Shown here one piece after another: positions 31,267-41,107 of a stretch of 64,000 nucleotides of DNA. The notes beneath the pieces are model-generated. The model saw only the letters and a list, made by a program, of their open reading frames with translations. It was not told the origin of the DNA and ran no database searches. The translations under genes and the position numbers were made by a program. Each line of letters begins with the position of its first letter. The first letter of the stretch is position 1. Origin of the DNA: Pseudomonas sp. (GTDB taxonomy: Bacteria; Pseudomonadota; Gammaproteobacteria; Pseudomonadales; Pseudomonadaceae); contig NZ_JAGIBG010000001.1 in the NCBI RefSeq assembly GCF_017744435.1, positions 163,556 through 227,555 of the forward strand, read 5' to 3'.

Positions 31267-32469
31267 ATGAAATCGAACATCCTGATCATCGGTGCCGGCT
31301 TTGCCGGTGTCTGGAGCGCCCTGAGCGCCGCCCGCCTGCTCGACCAGGCCCAGCGCGACGACCTGAGCATCAGCGTGCTCGCCCCGCAACCGGAACTGCG
31401 TATCCGCCCGCGCTTCTACGAGGCCGACGTGCACAGCCTGAAGGCACCGGTCGGTGAACTGTTCGATGCAGTCGGCGTGCGCTTCATCACCGGCAACGCC
31501 GAGGCCATCGATGCCGCAGGCCGCAGCGTCAGCTTTACCGATGTCGATGGCCAGCGTCAGCAGATTGCCTACGACCGCCTGATCCTCGCCGCCGGCAGCC
31601 AGGTGGCGCGCCCGGCGATTCCAGGCCTGGCCGAACATGCCTTCGATGTCGACCAGATGGAGTCGGCCGTGAAGCTCGAGCAGCACTTGCACAGCCTGGC
31701 CGCCCTGCCCGCCTCGCCGGCACGTAATACGGTGGTGGTCTGCGGCGGTGGCTTCACCGGCATCGAAACCGCCACGGAAATCCCCGTCCGCCTGCGCGCC
31801 ATCCTCGGCAACGACGCTGAAGTACGGGTACTGGTGATCGATCGTGGCACCCGCGTCGGTGCCGCACTCGGTGCCGGCATCACCCCGTCGATCGTCGCCG
31901 CCAGTGCACAGGCTGGCGCAGAGTGGCTGACCGGCACCTCGGTGGTGGCGGTGGATGCCGGCGGCGTGACCCTGGACAGCGGTGAGTACATCGCCAGCAA
32001 GACCGTGATCTGGACCGCCGGTGTCAAAGCCAGCCCGCTGACCGCCCAGGTCGTCGGCGAGCGTGACAACTTCGGCCGCCTCAAGGTCGACGACCACCTC
32101 AAGGTGATCGGCCAGGACCACATCTATGCCACCGGTGACACCGCCTGGGCCGCCGTCGACGAGCTGGGCAACCATGCCCTGATGACCTGCCAGCACGCGA
32201 TCCCCATGGGCCGCCATTCCGGCAACAACGCCATGGCCGACCTGCTGGGCGTAGCACCGGTGGTCTACCGTCAACCCAAGTACGTCACCTGCCTGGACCT
32301 CGGCGAATGGGGTGCGGCCTTCAGTGAAGGCTGGGAGCGCGAACTGAAACTGCAGGGCCAGGAAGGCAAGGACCTGAAGCGCCAGATCAACGGGGTATGG
32401 ATCTACCCACCAGCCGCCGATCGCGCCCAGGCACTGGCTGCTGCCGACCCGCTGATCGCGATCGTCTAA
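31267..32469 (+). CDS. NAD(P)/FAD-dependent oxidoreductase (NDH-2-like)
   Basis: ILIIGAGFAG (FAD), VVCGGGFTGIE (NAD), YATGD. Confidence 0.9.
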   Translation: MKSNILIIGAGFAGVWSALSAARLLDQAQRDDLSISVLAPQPELRIRPRFYEADVHSLKAPVGELFDAVGVRFITGNAEAIDAAGRSVSFTDVDGQRQQIAYDRLILAAGSQVARPAIPGLAEHAFDVDQMESAVKLEQHLHSLAALPASPARNTVVVCGGGFTGIETATEIPVRLRAILGNDAEVRVLVIDRGTRVGAALGAGITPSIVAASAQAGAEWLTGTSVVAVDAGGVTLDSGEYIASKTVIWTAGVKASPLTAQVVGERDNFGRLKVDDHLKVIGQDHIYATGDTAWAAVDELGNHALMTCQHAIPMGRHSGNNAMADLLGVAPVVYRQPKYVTCLDLGEWGAAFSEGWERELKLQGQEGKDLKRQINGVWIYPPAADRAQALAAADPLIAIV

Positions 32470-32482
32470 GTGCAAAAAACCT

Positions 32483-32513
32483 GACAGATCCGTCAAAAAA
32501 TGACGGATTTGTC
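32483..32513. terminator. Hairpin after the oxidoreductase
   Basis: GACAGATCCGTCA-AAAAA-TGACGGATTTGTC. Confidence 0.6.
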
Positions 32514-32703
32514 GGGAAATGTATTTACATTGAATGACTGGTCAATATTAATGGCCATATGGCATCATTCAAATAAAAACAGATTCAAGAGGGTGAGGCA
32601 CACACTTAAATCCGCAGCGCATCGAGAGCCTGGCACCATCCCCGGTGGCCCGGCCATCCGTCCATGCTCTTGACGCCTGCACGCCAACGTCAAGGAGCAT
32701 TCC

Positions 32704-34329
32704 ATGCAGTTACGGAATATGAAGATCGGCACCCGCGCTACCAGCGTTTTCGCCCTGTTGGGCGCATTGGTCCTGGCCATGGGCCTTATCGCAATCTATG
32801 AAACCCGGCAGATGGATTCGGCCACGGACGAGATCCGTGTCACCTGGATGCCCGCCGTGGTCGCCCTCAGTGAAATCAGCACCAACCTCGGCCGTGCCCG
32901 CGCCGTCACCCTGCGCGCCGCGCTGGATGACAACACCGCCGAGCGTGCGCGCAACATCGACCTGCTCAAAGGCATCAACGAGCAGCTCAAAAGTGGCCTG
33001 AAAGATTACGAGGACACCATCATCGCCGCCGATGACCGTGCCCTGTTCAACGCCTTCAATGCTGCCCACCAGCAATACCTCGACCTCCAGGCCCGGGTAC
33101 TGCAGGACATCAACGCCGGCCGCATGGATGAGGCCAAGCAGCAGATGACTGGTCCGCTCAGCCAGTACGCCGACACCATGATGAAAGCCATGGCCGCGCT
33201 CATTGCCTACAACGGCAAAGGTGCCGAGGATGCTTCGCAACGCAGCAGTGATGTTGCCGATCAGGCCTTCACCGCGATCATCGCTTCGCTGGCAGTCATC
33301 ATGATTGCCCTGGCCACCATCGCCACCGTGCTCACCCGCAGTATCGTGGTGCCGCTGGCCGATGCGGTCGCCGTGGCCGAGCGTGTGGCCACTGGCGACC
33401 TGACCCAGGATATCCGGGTCGTCGGCCGCGACGAGCCGGCCCTGCTGCTGCGCGCCCTGAGCCGCATGCAGAACAGCCTGCGCGAGACCATCCGCAAGAT
33501 CGCCGCCTCCTCCGACCAACTGGCCTCCGCCTCTGAAGAGCTGCACACCGTCACCGAGGACACCAGCCGCGGCCTGCACCAGCAGAGCGCGGAAATCGAC
33601 CAGGCCGCCACCGCCGTCAACCAGATGACCGCGGCGGTGGAAGAAGTGGCGAACAACGCAGTCAGCACGGCCGATGCTTCGAAAGGTGCCGACCAGAACA
33701 CCCGCGATGGCCGCGATCAGGTCAACCAGGCCCTGGCCTCCATCGAGCATCTGGTCAATGACGTGACCGGCACCTCGAGCGAGATCGAACAGCTGGCCAG
33801 CAACGCCAACGAGATCAGCCGCGTGCTGGACGTGATCGGCGCAATTGCCGGACAGACCAACCTGCTGGCGCTCAACGCGGCGATCGAAGCAGCCCGCGCC
33901 GGTGAGGCAGGTCGTGGCTTTGCCGTGGTGGCCGATGAGGTGCGCGCCCTCGCCCACCGTACCCAGCAGTCGACGGCAGAGATCGAGCAGATGATCGCCG
34001 GGATCCAGAACGGTACCGAGCGGGCGGTGTCGGCAATGCACAGCAGCCGCGGGCGGGCCAACGGCACGCTGGAAGTGGCGCAGGGTGCGGGTCAGGCGCT
34101 GGAGGTGATTGCCGAGGCGATCGCTTCGATCAACCAGCGCAACCTGGTAATCGCCAGTGCTTCCGAGGAGCAGGCGCAGGTGGCGAGGGAGGTGGATCGC
34201 AACCTGGTGAACATTCGTGACCTGGCGATGCAGACGTCGGCGGGGGCGAACCAGACCAGTGCGGCGGCGCAGGACCTGTCGCGCCTTGCCGTGGACCTGA
34301 ATGGCATGGTGGCGCAGTTCAAGGTCTGA
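32704..34329 (+). CDS. Methyl-accepting chemotaxis protein (4HB sensor, HAMP)
   Basis: Two TMs; [31 protein letters not shown]. Confidence 0.96.
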   Translation: MQLRNMKIGTRATSVFALLGALVLAMGLIAIYETRQMDSATDEIRVTWMPAVVALSEISTNLGRARAVTLRAALDDNTAERARNIDLLKGINEQLKSGLKDYEDTIIAADDRALFNAFNAAHQQYLDLQARVLQDINAGRMDEAKQQMTGPLSQYADTMMKAMAALIAYNGKGAEDASQRSSDVADQAFTAIIASLAVIMIALATIATVLTRSIVVPLADAVAVAERVATGDLTQDIRVVGRDEPALLLRALSRMQNSLRETIRKIAASSDQLASASEELHTVTEDTSRGLHQQSAEIDQAATAVNQMTAAVEEVANNAVSTADASKGADQNTRDGRDQVNQALASIEHLVNDVTGTSSEIEQLASNANEISRVLDVIGAIAGQTNLLALNAAIEAARAGEAGRGFAVVADEVRALAHRTQQSTAEIEQMIAGIQNGTERAVSAMHSSRGRANGTLEVAQGAGQALEVIAEAIASINQRNLVIASASEEQAQVAREVDRNLVNIRDLAMQTSAGANQTSAAAQDLSRLAVDLNGMVAQFKV

Positions 34330-34341
34330 TCTGAAACAGCT

Positions 34342-34460
34342 GCGGCCGCGTTGCGGCCCTTCGCGGGCACGCCCGCTCCCACAAGGTACAGCGCAAGCCT
34401 TGGGCTTTATGCAATCCCTGTGGGAGCGGGCGTGCCCGCGAAGGGCTGCAAAGCAGCCCC
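34342..34460. repeat. REP doublet with flanking small hairpins
   Basis: GCCCTTCGCGGGCACGCCCGCTCCCACA plus an inverted copy ending GGGCTGCAAAGCAGCCCC. Confidence 0.88.
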
Positions 34461-34470
34461 TTCTTTAAAA

Positions 34471-35877
34471 TCAATCGTTAACGCAAATCGCCCGACCCGC
34501 CTTCACGGCAGCCTTGCCGCGCGTCGCCAGGCAGTAGTACAGCGGCACCGTCACCAGCAGGCCAAACAGCCACGACAAGTCAGCCCCTTCGACAATGTTC
34601 GAATACGGCCCCACATACAGCGACGTGTTGGCAAACGGCAACTGCACCAGGATCCCGCAGGCATAGGCAATGATCGCGTGGTGATTGAAGCGGCCATAGA
34701 TGCCGCCGTCGGCACGGAAGATCGACGCGATGTCGTACTGGCCCTTCTTGATCAGGTAGAAGTCGATCAGGTTGATCGATGCCCACGGCACCAGCACCAG
34801 CAGCAGCGCCAGGATCAGGCCGATGAACTGGCCGATGAAGCCGGCCGACGCATTCAGCGCCACCATCCCGCAGCCCACCAGGATCACCGAAGCCAGGATC
34901 ACCCGCACCTTGATGCTCGGCGTCCACTCGGCGACGAACGTCTGGATCGCGGTAACGATCGACAGCACCGCGCCATACAGGTTGAGGGCGTTGTGGCTGA
35001 TGATGTTGAGCAGGAACAGCACCATCAGGATCGGGCCCAGCCAGCCGGTGGCCTGCTTGACCGCATCCATCGCGTCGGTGCCATCCGGCACGCACAGCAC
35101 CGCGATCGTGCCGAAGCTGAAGCACAGGATGGTGCCCAGGGTGGCGCCGAAGTAGGTCGCCCAGAACGGCTTGGCGATGCCTACTTCACGCGGCAGGTAG
35201 CGCGAGTAGTCGGAGGTGTACGGCGAGAAGCTGATCTGCCAGATGATGCCCAGCGACACCGTGGCGATGAAGCCCGACAGGTTGAACGCGCCGCGGGTCA
35301 GGAAGTCGGCCGGCAGCTCCTGGACGAACATCATGATGAAGCCGGCCAGCAGTGCCGAACCCATCACCCAGGTACCGATGCGGTTGAGGATGTGGATGAA
35401 GCGGTAGCCGATCACGCCGATGGCCGTCGCACTCAGGGCGCCGATCACGATCGCGCCTGGCATCGGCACGCTCGGGGCGATGCCATGGATGGTCTTGCCC
35501 GCCAGGACGATGTTGGAGATGAAGAAGCCGACATAGATCAGCGCGGTGAAGAACACGATCAGCAAGGCGCCGTAACGGCCGAACTGGCCGCGGCTCTGGA
35601 CCATCTGCGGAATGCCCAGCTGCGGTCCCTGCGCAGAGGCCAGGGCGATGAACACGCCCCCGACGAGATGACCCAGCACGATTGCGATCAGCCCCCACAG
35701 CAGGTTCAGGTGGAACACCTGGACCACCATGGCGCCGGTGACGATAGGCAGTGGCGCGATGTTGGTACTGAACCAGAGGGTGAACAGGTCGCGCGCCTTC
35801 CCATGGCGCTCGGCAGGTGGAACGTAATCGACCGTGTGATTCTCGACAAACTGGTGTTGCGACGACGGTTGGGACAT
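34471..35877 (-). CDS. NCS1 purine/cytosine-permease-family transporter
   Basis: YVPPAERHG..LFTLWF, GIPQMVQSRGQFG, SDYSRYLP. Confidence 0.92.
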   Translation of the reverse strand: MSQPSSQHQFVENHTVDYVPPAERHGKARDLFTLWFSTNIAPLPIVTGAMVVQVFHLNLLWGLIAIVLGHLVGGVFIALASAQGPQLGIPQMVQSRGQFGRYGALLIVFFTALIYVGFFISNIVLAGKTIHGIAPSVPMPGAIVIGALSATAIGVIGYRFIHILNRIGTWVMGSALLAGFIMMFVQELPADFLTRGAFNLSGFIATVSLGIIWQISFSPYTSDYSRYLPREVGIAKPFWATYFGATLGTILCFSFGTIAVLCVPDGTDAMDAVKQATGWLGPILMVLFLLNIISHNALNLYGAVLSIVTAIQTFVAEWTPSIKVRVILASVILVGCGMVALNASAGFIGQFIGLILALLLVLVPWASINLIDFYLIKKGQYDIASIFRADGGIYGRFNHHAIIAYACGILVQLPFANTSLYVGPYSNIVEGADLSWLFGLLVTVPLYYCLATRGKAAVKAGRAICVND

Positions 35878-35950
35878 AGGATTCAGCTCGAAAGGTCGTT
35901 TTTATCTTTGTAAGGAAACCGCATCTAGGCGGCCTCTCAGCTGCGGACCA

Positions 35951-35966
35951 TATTATGGTATTCCAA
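35951..35966. promoter_or_regulatory. GntR(FadR)-type operator copy 1, near the permease promoter
   Basis: TATTATGGTATTCCAA, a variant of the motif at 36122 and 38063. Confidence 0.55.
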
Positions 35967-36109
35967 ACTTTTGACAACACTGATCCGTAGGAAAAAACGC
36001 CCGCTGATCTGCTCGCACAACCCCTGCGACAAACCGCCTCAGCACTCTATCCCACGGTTTACGTGGCCTTGCGCCGTTCATCGTGAAAAACCACGGCTGA
36101 AAATTCCAC

Positions 36110-36143
36110 TTGCAAAATAGGTATTACGGTATACCATCAGACA
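36110..36143 (+). promoter_or_regulatory. Promoter with GntR-type operator (copy 2)
   Basis: TTGCAA-N16-TACCAT; TATTACGGTATACCATCAGACA at 36122-36143. Confidence 0.7.
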
Positions 36144-36193
36144 CATCAACGATAAAAACCGCGGACCACCGCAGCCCTTTAGAGGTACACCAG

Positions 36194-36679
36194 ATGATCG
36201 ACGCAAGCATCTACAAGAACGTCCTGGGCTCCTTCCCGTCCGGCGTGACCGTCATCACCACCCTGGACGACGACGGCTCGGTCGTCGGCCTGACCGCCAG
36301 CGCCTTCTCCTCCCTGTCGATGGACCCGCCGCTGGTGCTGTTCTGCCCCAACTACACCTCCGACTCCTACCCGGTCCTGATCAAGAACAAGCGCTTCGCC
36401 ATTCACCTGCTCTCCGGTGGGCAGCAGGCCGAAGCCTACGCGTTCGCCAAGAAGGGCAAGGACAAGGCCGCCGGCATCGAGTGGACCCTGAGCGAACTGG
36501 GCAACCCGATCCTGGCCGGCGCCACCGCTGTCATCGAATGCGAACTGTGGCGCGAATATGAAGGTGGCGACCACGCCATCATGGTCGGCAAGGTGCACAA
36601 CCTGATCGTCCCCGAGGAAGCGCCTCGGCCGATGGTCTACTGCCGCGGCAAGATGGCCAGCCTGCCGGCCTTTGCCTGA
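36194..36679 (+). CDS. Flavin reductase (TgnA/HpaC-like)
   Basis: GSFPSGVTVITT, ASAFSSLSMDPPLVL, GGDHAIMVG. Confidence 0.92.
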   Translation: MIDASIYKNVLGSFPSGVTVITTLDDDGSVVGLTASAFSSLSMDPPLVLFCPNYTSDSYPVLIKNKRFAIHLLSGGQQAEAYAFAKKGKDKAAGIEWTLSELGNPILAGATAVIECELWREYEGGDHAIMVGKVHNLIVPEEAPRPMVYCRGKMASLPAFA

Positions 36680-36754
36680 AGCCTATTCTGAATCGAGACA
36701 CCTGGCGCCTGCGCAGCCTGGCGACAGACACTTTCAAGCGTTGAGGAAAGCCCC

Positions 36755-37795
36755 ATGAAATTTTCGTTGTTCGTGCACATGGAACGTTGGGATGAACAGG
36801 TCAGCCACCGCCAGCTGTTCGAAGACCTGACCGAACTGACCCTGATGGCCGAGCACGGCGGTTTCAGCACCGTGTGGATCGGCGAACACCACGCCATGGA
36901 ATACACCATCTCGCCAAGCCCGATGCCGCTGCTGGCCTACCTGGCCGCGCGCACCGAGAAGATCCGCCTGGGTGCCGGCACCATCATCGCGCCGTTCTGG
37001 AACCCGATCCGCGTTGCCGGCGAATGCGCCCTGCTCGACGTGATCAGCAACGGCCGCATGGAAGTGGGCCTGGCCCGTGGTGCCTACCAGTTCGAATTCG
37101 ACCGCATGGCCGGTGGCATGCCGGCCACCGACGGCGGCAAGGCCCTGCGCGAAATGGTCCCGGTGGTACGCAAGCTGTGGGAAGGCGACTACGCCCATGA
37201 CGGCGAAGTCTACAAGTTTCCCACCTCCACCAGCGTACCGAAGCCGTTCAACGCCACCCCGCCGATGTGGATCGCCGCCCGCGATCCGGACTCGCACAAC
37301 TTTGCCGTGGCCAACGGCTGCAACGTCATGGTCACCCCGCTGATGAAGGGCGACGAGGAAGTGCTGGACCTGAAGAACAAGTTCCAGGCCGCCCTCGACA
37401 ACAACCCGGACGTGCCACGCCCGCAACTGATGGTGCTGCGCCACACCCACGTGCACAGCCCGTCGGAGCCTGAAGGCTGGAAAATCGGCGCCCAGGCCAT
37501 CTCGCGCTTCTACCGCACCTTCGATGCCTGGTTCGGCAACAAGACCACCCCGGTCAACGGCTTCCTCGAGCCGAGCCCTGAGTCGAAGTTCGCCGAAGTG
37601 CCGGCGTTCCAGCTGGAGAACATCCGCAAGAACACCATGATCGGCACCCCGGAAGAGATCATCGCCCGGATCAAGTACTACCAGGAGCTCGGTGTCGACG
37701 AGTTCAGCTTCTGGTGCGACAACAGCCTGCCCCACGCCGAGAAGAAGAAGTCGCTCGAGCTGTTCATCAAGGAAGTGGTGCCGGCCTTCGCCTGA
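36755..37795 (+). CDS. Luciferase-like flavin monooxygenase (TgnB-like)
   Basis: MKFSLFVHMER, WIGEHH, GLARGAYQFE, WIAARDPDSHNFAV, VMVTPL; recalls A. baylyi TgnB. Confidence 0.85.
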   Translation: MKFSLFVHMERWDEQVSHRQLFEDLTELTLMAEHGGFSTVWIGEHHAMEYTISPSPMPLLAYLAARTEKIRLGAGTIIAPFWNPIRVAGECALLDVISNGRMEVGLARGAYQFEFDRMAGGMPATDGGKALREMVPVVRKLWEGDYAHDGEVYKFPTSTSVPKPFNATPPMWIAARDPDSHNFAVANGCNVMVTPLMKGDEEVLDLKNKFQAALDNNPDVPRPQLMVLRHTHVHSPSEPEGWKIGAQAISRFYRTFDAWFGNKTTPVNGFLEPSPESKFAEVPAFQLENIRKNTMIGTPEEIIARIKYYQELGVDEFSFWCDNSLPHAEKKKSLELFIKEVVPAFA

Positions 37796-37846
37796 ATTCC
37801 CATTGCCTGAGTCATTGCGGGACGCGCCCGCTCCCGTGGGCCCCCG

Positions 37847-37872
37847 AAGCCCGCGTGAGCGGGCTTTTTTTT
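37847..37872 (+). terminator. Intrinsic terminator after the monooxygenase
   Basis: AAGCCCGC-GTGA-GCGGGCTT followed by a T-run. Confidence 0.85.
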
Positions 37873-37882
37873 GAAACCTGCA

Positions 37883-37978
37883 CCGGCCTCTTCGCGGGCA
37901 CGCCCGCTCCCACAGGGTGGTGCAAACCTTAGAGGCTGCGCAGTCCCTGTGGGAGCGGGCGTGCCCGCGAAGAGGCCA
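37883..37978. repeat. REP doublet
   Basis: CCGGCCTCTTCGCGGGCACGCCCGCTCCCACAGG plus an inverted copy. Confidence 0.9.
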
Positions 37979-38050
37979 GTACAGACAGCACAAGATTCAA
38001 GGGATCAGCCCACCTTTCGTCCCCCCGCAAGAGAAATTTCAAGCCACCTC

Positions 38051-38084
38051 TTGCACAACAAATATTATGGTATACCATCAGACA
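38051..38084 (+). promoter_or_regulatory. Promoter with GntR-type operator (copy 3)
   Basis: TTGCAC-N16-TACCAT; TATTATGGTATACCATCAGACA containing the perfect palindrome ATGGTATACCAT. Confidence 0.72.
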
Positions 38085-38117
38085 ACAAGAGCTGATAACC
38101 CTCACCAGGAGCCACCC

Positions 38118-38714
38118 ATGAGTTTCGAAATCCGCAAGATCGTCACCTACTCCGAAGAGACCCGCATCGAAGGCGGCAAGGCCACCGACAAGCCGGTGAC
38201 CATGGTCGGCCTGGCCGTCGTGATCAAGAACCCATGGGCCGGTCGCGGTTTCGTTGAAGATCTGAAGCCGGAAATCCGCGCCAACTGCTCGGAGCTGGGT
38301 GCCCTGATGGTCGAGCGCCTGACCGCAGCCATCGGCGGTGCCGACAAGATCGAGGCCTACGGTAAGGCTGCAGTGGTCGGCGCCGATGGCGAAATCGAAC
38401 ACGCCTCGGCAGTGATCCACACCCTGCGCTTCGGCAACCACTACCGCGAAGCGGTGCAGGCCAAGAGCTACCTGAGCTTCACCAACAAGCGCGGCGGCCC
38501 GGGCACCTCGATCCAGATCCCGATGATGCAGAAGGACGACGAAGGCCTGCGTTCGCACTACATCACCCTGGAAATGCAGATCGAAGACGCCCCGCGCGCC
38601 GATGAAATCGTCGTGGTCCTGGGCGCTGCCGACGGCGGCCGCCTGCACCCGCGCATCGGCAACCGCTACATCGACCTGGAAGAACTGGCTGCCGAAAAAG
38701 CCAACGCTCAATAA
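38118..38714 (+). CDS. Amino-acid-synthesis-family (DUF1185-like) protein
   Basis: IRKIVTYSEE, AVVIKNPWAGR, YGKAAVVGADGEIEHA, PRADEIVV. Confidence 0.8.
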   Translation: MSFEIRKIVTYSEETRIEGGKATDKPVTMVGLAVVIKNPWAGRGFVEDLKPEIRANCSELGALMVERLTAAIGGADKIEAYGKAAVVGADGEIEHASAVIHTLRFGNHYREAVQAKSYLSFTNKRGGPGTSIQIPMMQKDDEGLRSHYITLEMQIEDAPRADEIVVVLGAADGGRLHPRIGNRYIDLEELAAEKANAQ

Positions 38715-38782
38715 CAACAACCAAGACGGGCCGGGGCGTGGCGTGCTTACCCGCCGCGCCCGACCTTCAAGGAGCGCCCTCC

Positions 38783-39616
38783 ATGATTCAGCCTGTCGCT
38801 GAACGTACACCTGCCGGCACCAGCTACCTGTCCGTCGGCCAGGGCCAACCCGTGGTACTGATCCACGGCGTGGGCCTGAACAAGGAAATGTGGGGCGGGC
38901 AGATCGTTGGCCTGGCCAATGACTACCGCGTCATCACCTACGACATGCTCGGCCACGGCCAGAGCCGCGTACCGGCTGCAGACACCCCACTGGAAGGCTA
39001 TGCCGACCAGCTCGCCGAACTGCTTGACCACCTGCAGCTTCAACAAGCCACCGTGATCGGCTTCTCCATGGGTGGCCTGGTCGCTCGTGCATTCGCCCTC
39101 AACTACCCGCAGCGCCTGGCTGCGCTGGTGGTACTCAACAGCGTGTTCAACCGCACCCCCGAGCAGAGTGCCGGCGTCATCGCCCGCGCCGCCCAGGCTG
39201 CGGAGCTCGGCCCCGACGCCAACGTCGACGCCGCCCTCGACCGCTGGTTCAGCCGTGAATACAAGGCTGCCAACCCGGCCCAGGTCGCTGCCATTCGCCA
39301 GGTGCTGGCGAACAACGACCCGCAGGGTTACCACACCACTTATGCGCTGTTCGCCACCCAGGACATGTACCGCGCCGGTGACCTGGGCAACATCCAGGTG
39401 CCGACGCTGATCGCCACCGGCGAACTCGACTCGGGCTCCACCCCGGCCATGACCCGCCAGCTCGCTGCCAGCATTCCTGGCGCGCAAAGCGTGGTCCTCG
39501 CCGAGCAACGGCATATGATGCCCGTGGAAGCACCGCGTGAAGTCAACAAGATGCTGCTGGACTTCCTCGCCCAAGCCCGCACCCTCACCGAATCCGCCAA
39601 GGGGATTGTTGCATGA
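38783..39616 (+). CDS. Alpha/beta hydrolase (TgnD-like)
   Basis: LIHGVG, GFSMGG nucleophile elbow, RHMMP. Confidence 0.88.
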   Translation: MIQPVAERTPAGTSYLSVGQGQPVVLIHGVGLNKEMWGGQIVGLANDYRVITYDMLGHGQSRVPAADTPLEGYADQLAELLDHLQLQQATVIGFSMGGLVARAFALNYPQRLAALVVLNSVFNRTPEQSAGVIARAAQAAELGPDANVDAALDRWFSREYKAANPAQVAAIRQVLANNDPQGYHTTYALFATQDMYRAGDLGNIQVPTLIATGELDSGSTPAMTRQLAASIPGAQSVVLAEQRHMMPVEAPREVNKMLLDFLAQARTLTESAKGIVA

Positions 39617-41094
39617 CCCTCGTTCGTTTCCAGATGTGCATCGACGGCCAATGGCTCGATGCCCAGAGCGGCAAGACCTTCGACAGCCTCAACCCGGCCA
39701 CCGCCCAGGCCTGGGCGCAACTGCCCGACGCCGACGAAGCCGATGTCGAGCTGGCCGTACAGGCCGCCCAGCGTGCCTTCGACAGCAAGGCATGGCGCAG
39801 CATCACCGCCACCGCGCGCGGCAAGCTGTTGCGTCGCCTGGGTGACCTGATCGCCGAGAACAAGGAGCACCTGGCCCAGCTGGAAAGCCGTGACAACGGC
39901 AAGCTGATCCGCGAAACCCGCGGCCAGGTCGGCTACCTGCCGGAGTTCTTCCACTACACCGCGGGCCTGGCCGACAAGCTCGAAGGCGGCACCCTGCCCC
40001 TCGACAAGCCAGACCTGTTCGCCTACACCGTGCACGAGCCGATCGGCGTGGTCGCCGCGATCATCCCGTGGAACAGCCCGCTGTACCTGACCGCGATCAA
40101 GCTGGCGCCGGCCCTGGCTGCCGGCAACACCATCGTGATCAAGCCCTCCGAGCACGCCTCGGCGACCATCCTCGAACTGGCTCGCCTGGCCCTGGAAGCC
40201 GGCTTCCCGGCGGGCGTGGTCAACGTGGTCACTGGCTACGGCCCAAGCACCGGCGCGGCGCTGACCCGCCACCCGCTGGTGCGCAAGATCGCCTTCACCG
40301 GCGGCGCCGCCACTGCCCGCCACGTGGTGCGCAGCAGTGCCGAGAACTTCGCCAAGCTGTCGCTGGAACTGGGCGGCAAGTCGCCAAACATCATCTTCGC
40401 CGACGCCGACCTGGACAGCGCCATCAACGGCGCCGTGGCCGGCATCTATGCCGCCTCCGGGCAGAGCTGCGTGGCCGGCTCGCGCCTGCTGGTGCAGGAC
40501 GAGATCTTCGACGAATTTGTCGAGCGCCTGATCGCCCGTGCCAAGCGCATCCGCATCGGCAACCCGCAGGACGACGCCAGCGAAATGGGCCCGATGGCCA
40601 CCGCACAACAGCTGGCCGTAGTCGAAGGCCTGGTCGCTGCGGCCAAGGCCGAAGGCGCCAAGCTGCACATGGGCGGCAAGCGTGCCGAGGTCGAGGGTGA
40701 TGGCTGGTTCTACGAGCCGACCCTGTTCGAGTGCGACAGCAACTCGATGACCATCATGCAGGAAGAGGTGTTCGGCCCGGTTGCTGCGGTGATCCGCTTC
40801 AAGACCGAAGAAGAGGCCCTGGAAATCGCCAACGACTCGCAGTTCGGCCTTGCTGCCGGCATCTGGACCCGCGACCTGGGCCGTGCCCACCGCCTGGCCC
40901 GCGACGTGCGTTCGGGGATCATCTGGGTCAACACCTACCGCGCAGTGTCGGCCATGGCGCCGATCGGCGGCTTCAAGAACAGCGGCTACGGCCGTGAGAG
41001 CGGCATCGATTCGGTGCTGGCCTATACCGAGCTGAAGACCGTGTGGATCAACCTGTCCACCGCGCCGATGCCCGACCCGTTTGTGATGCGCTAA
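39613..41094 (+). CDS. Aldehyde dehydrogenase (TgnC-like)
   Basis: AFTGG, LELGGKSP, GQSCVAGS, EEVFGPV; C-terminal DPFVMR as remembered for TgnC. Confidence 0.92.
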   Translation: MTLVRFQMCIDGQWLDAQSGKTFDSLNPATAQAWAQLPDADEADVELAVQAAQRAFDSKAWRSITATARGKLLRRLGDLIAENKEHLAQLESRDNGKLIRETRGQVGYLPEFFHYTAGLADKLEGGTLPLDKPDLFAYTVHEPIGVVAAIIPWNSPLYLTAIKLAPALAAGNTIVIKPSEHASATILELARLALEAGFPAGVVNVVTGYGPSTGAALTRHPLVRKIAFTGGAATARHVVRSSAENFAKLSLELGGKSPNIIFADADLDSAINGAVAGIYAASGQSCVAGSRLLVQDEIFDEFVERLIARAKRIRIGNPQDDASEMGPMATAQQLAVVEGLVAAAKAEGAKLHMGGKRAEVEGDGWFYEPTLFECDSNSMTIMQEEVFGPVAAVIRFKTEEEALEIANDSQFGLAAGIWTRDLGRAHRLARDVRSGIIWVNTYRAVSAMAPIGGFKNSGYGRESGIDSVLAYTELKTVWINLSTAPMPDPFVMR

Positions 41095-41107
41095 GAGGTA
41101 GCACGAG

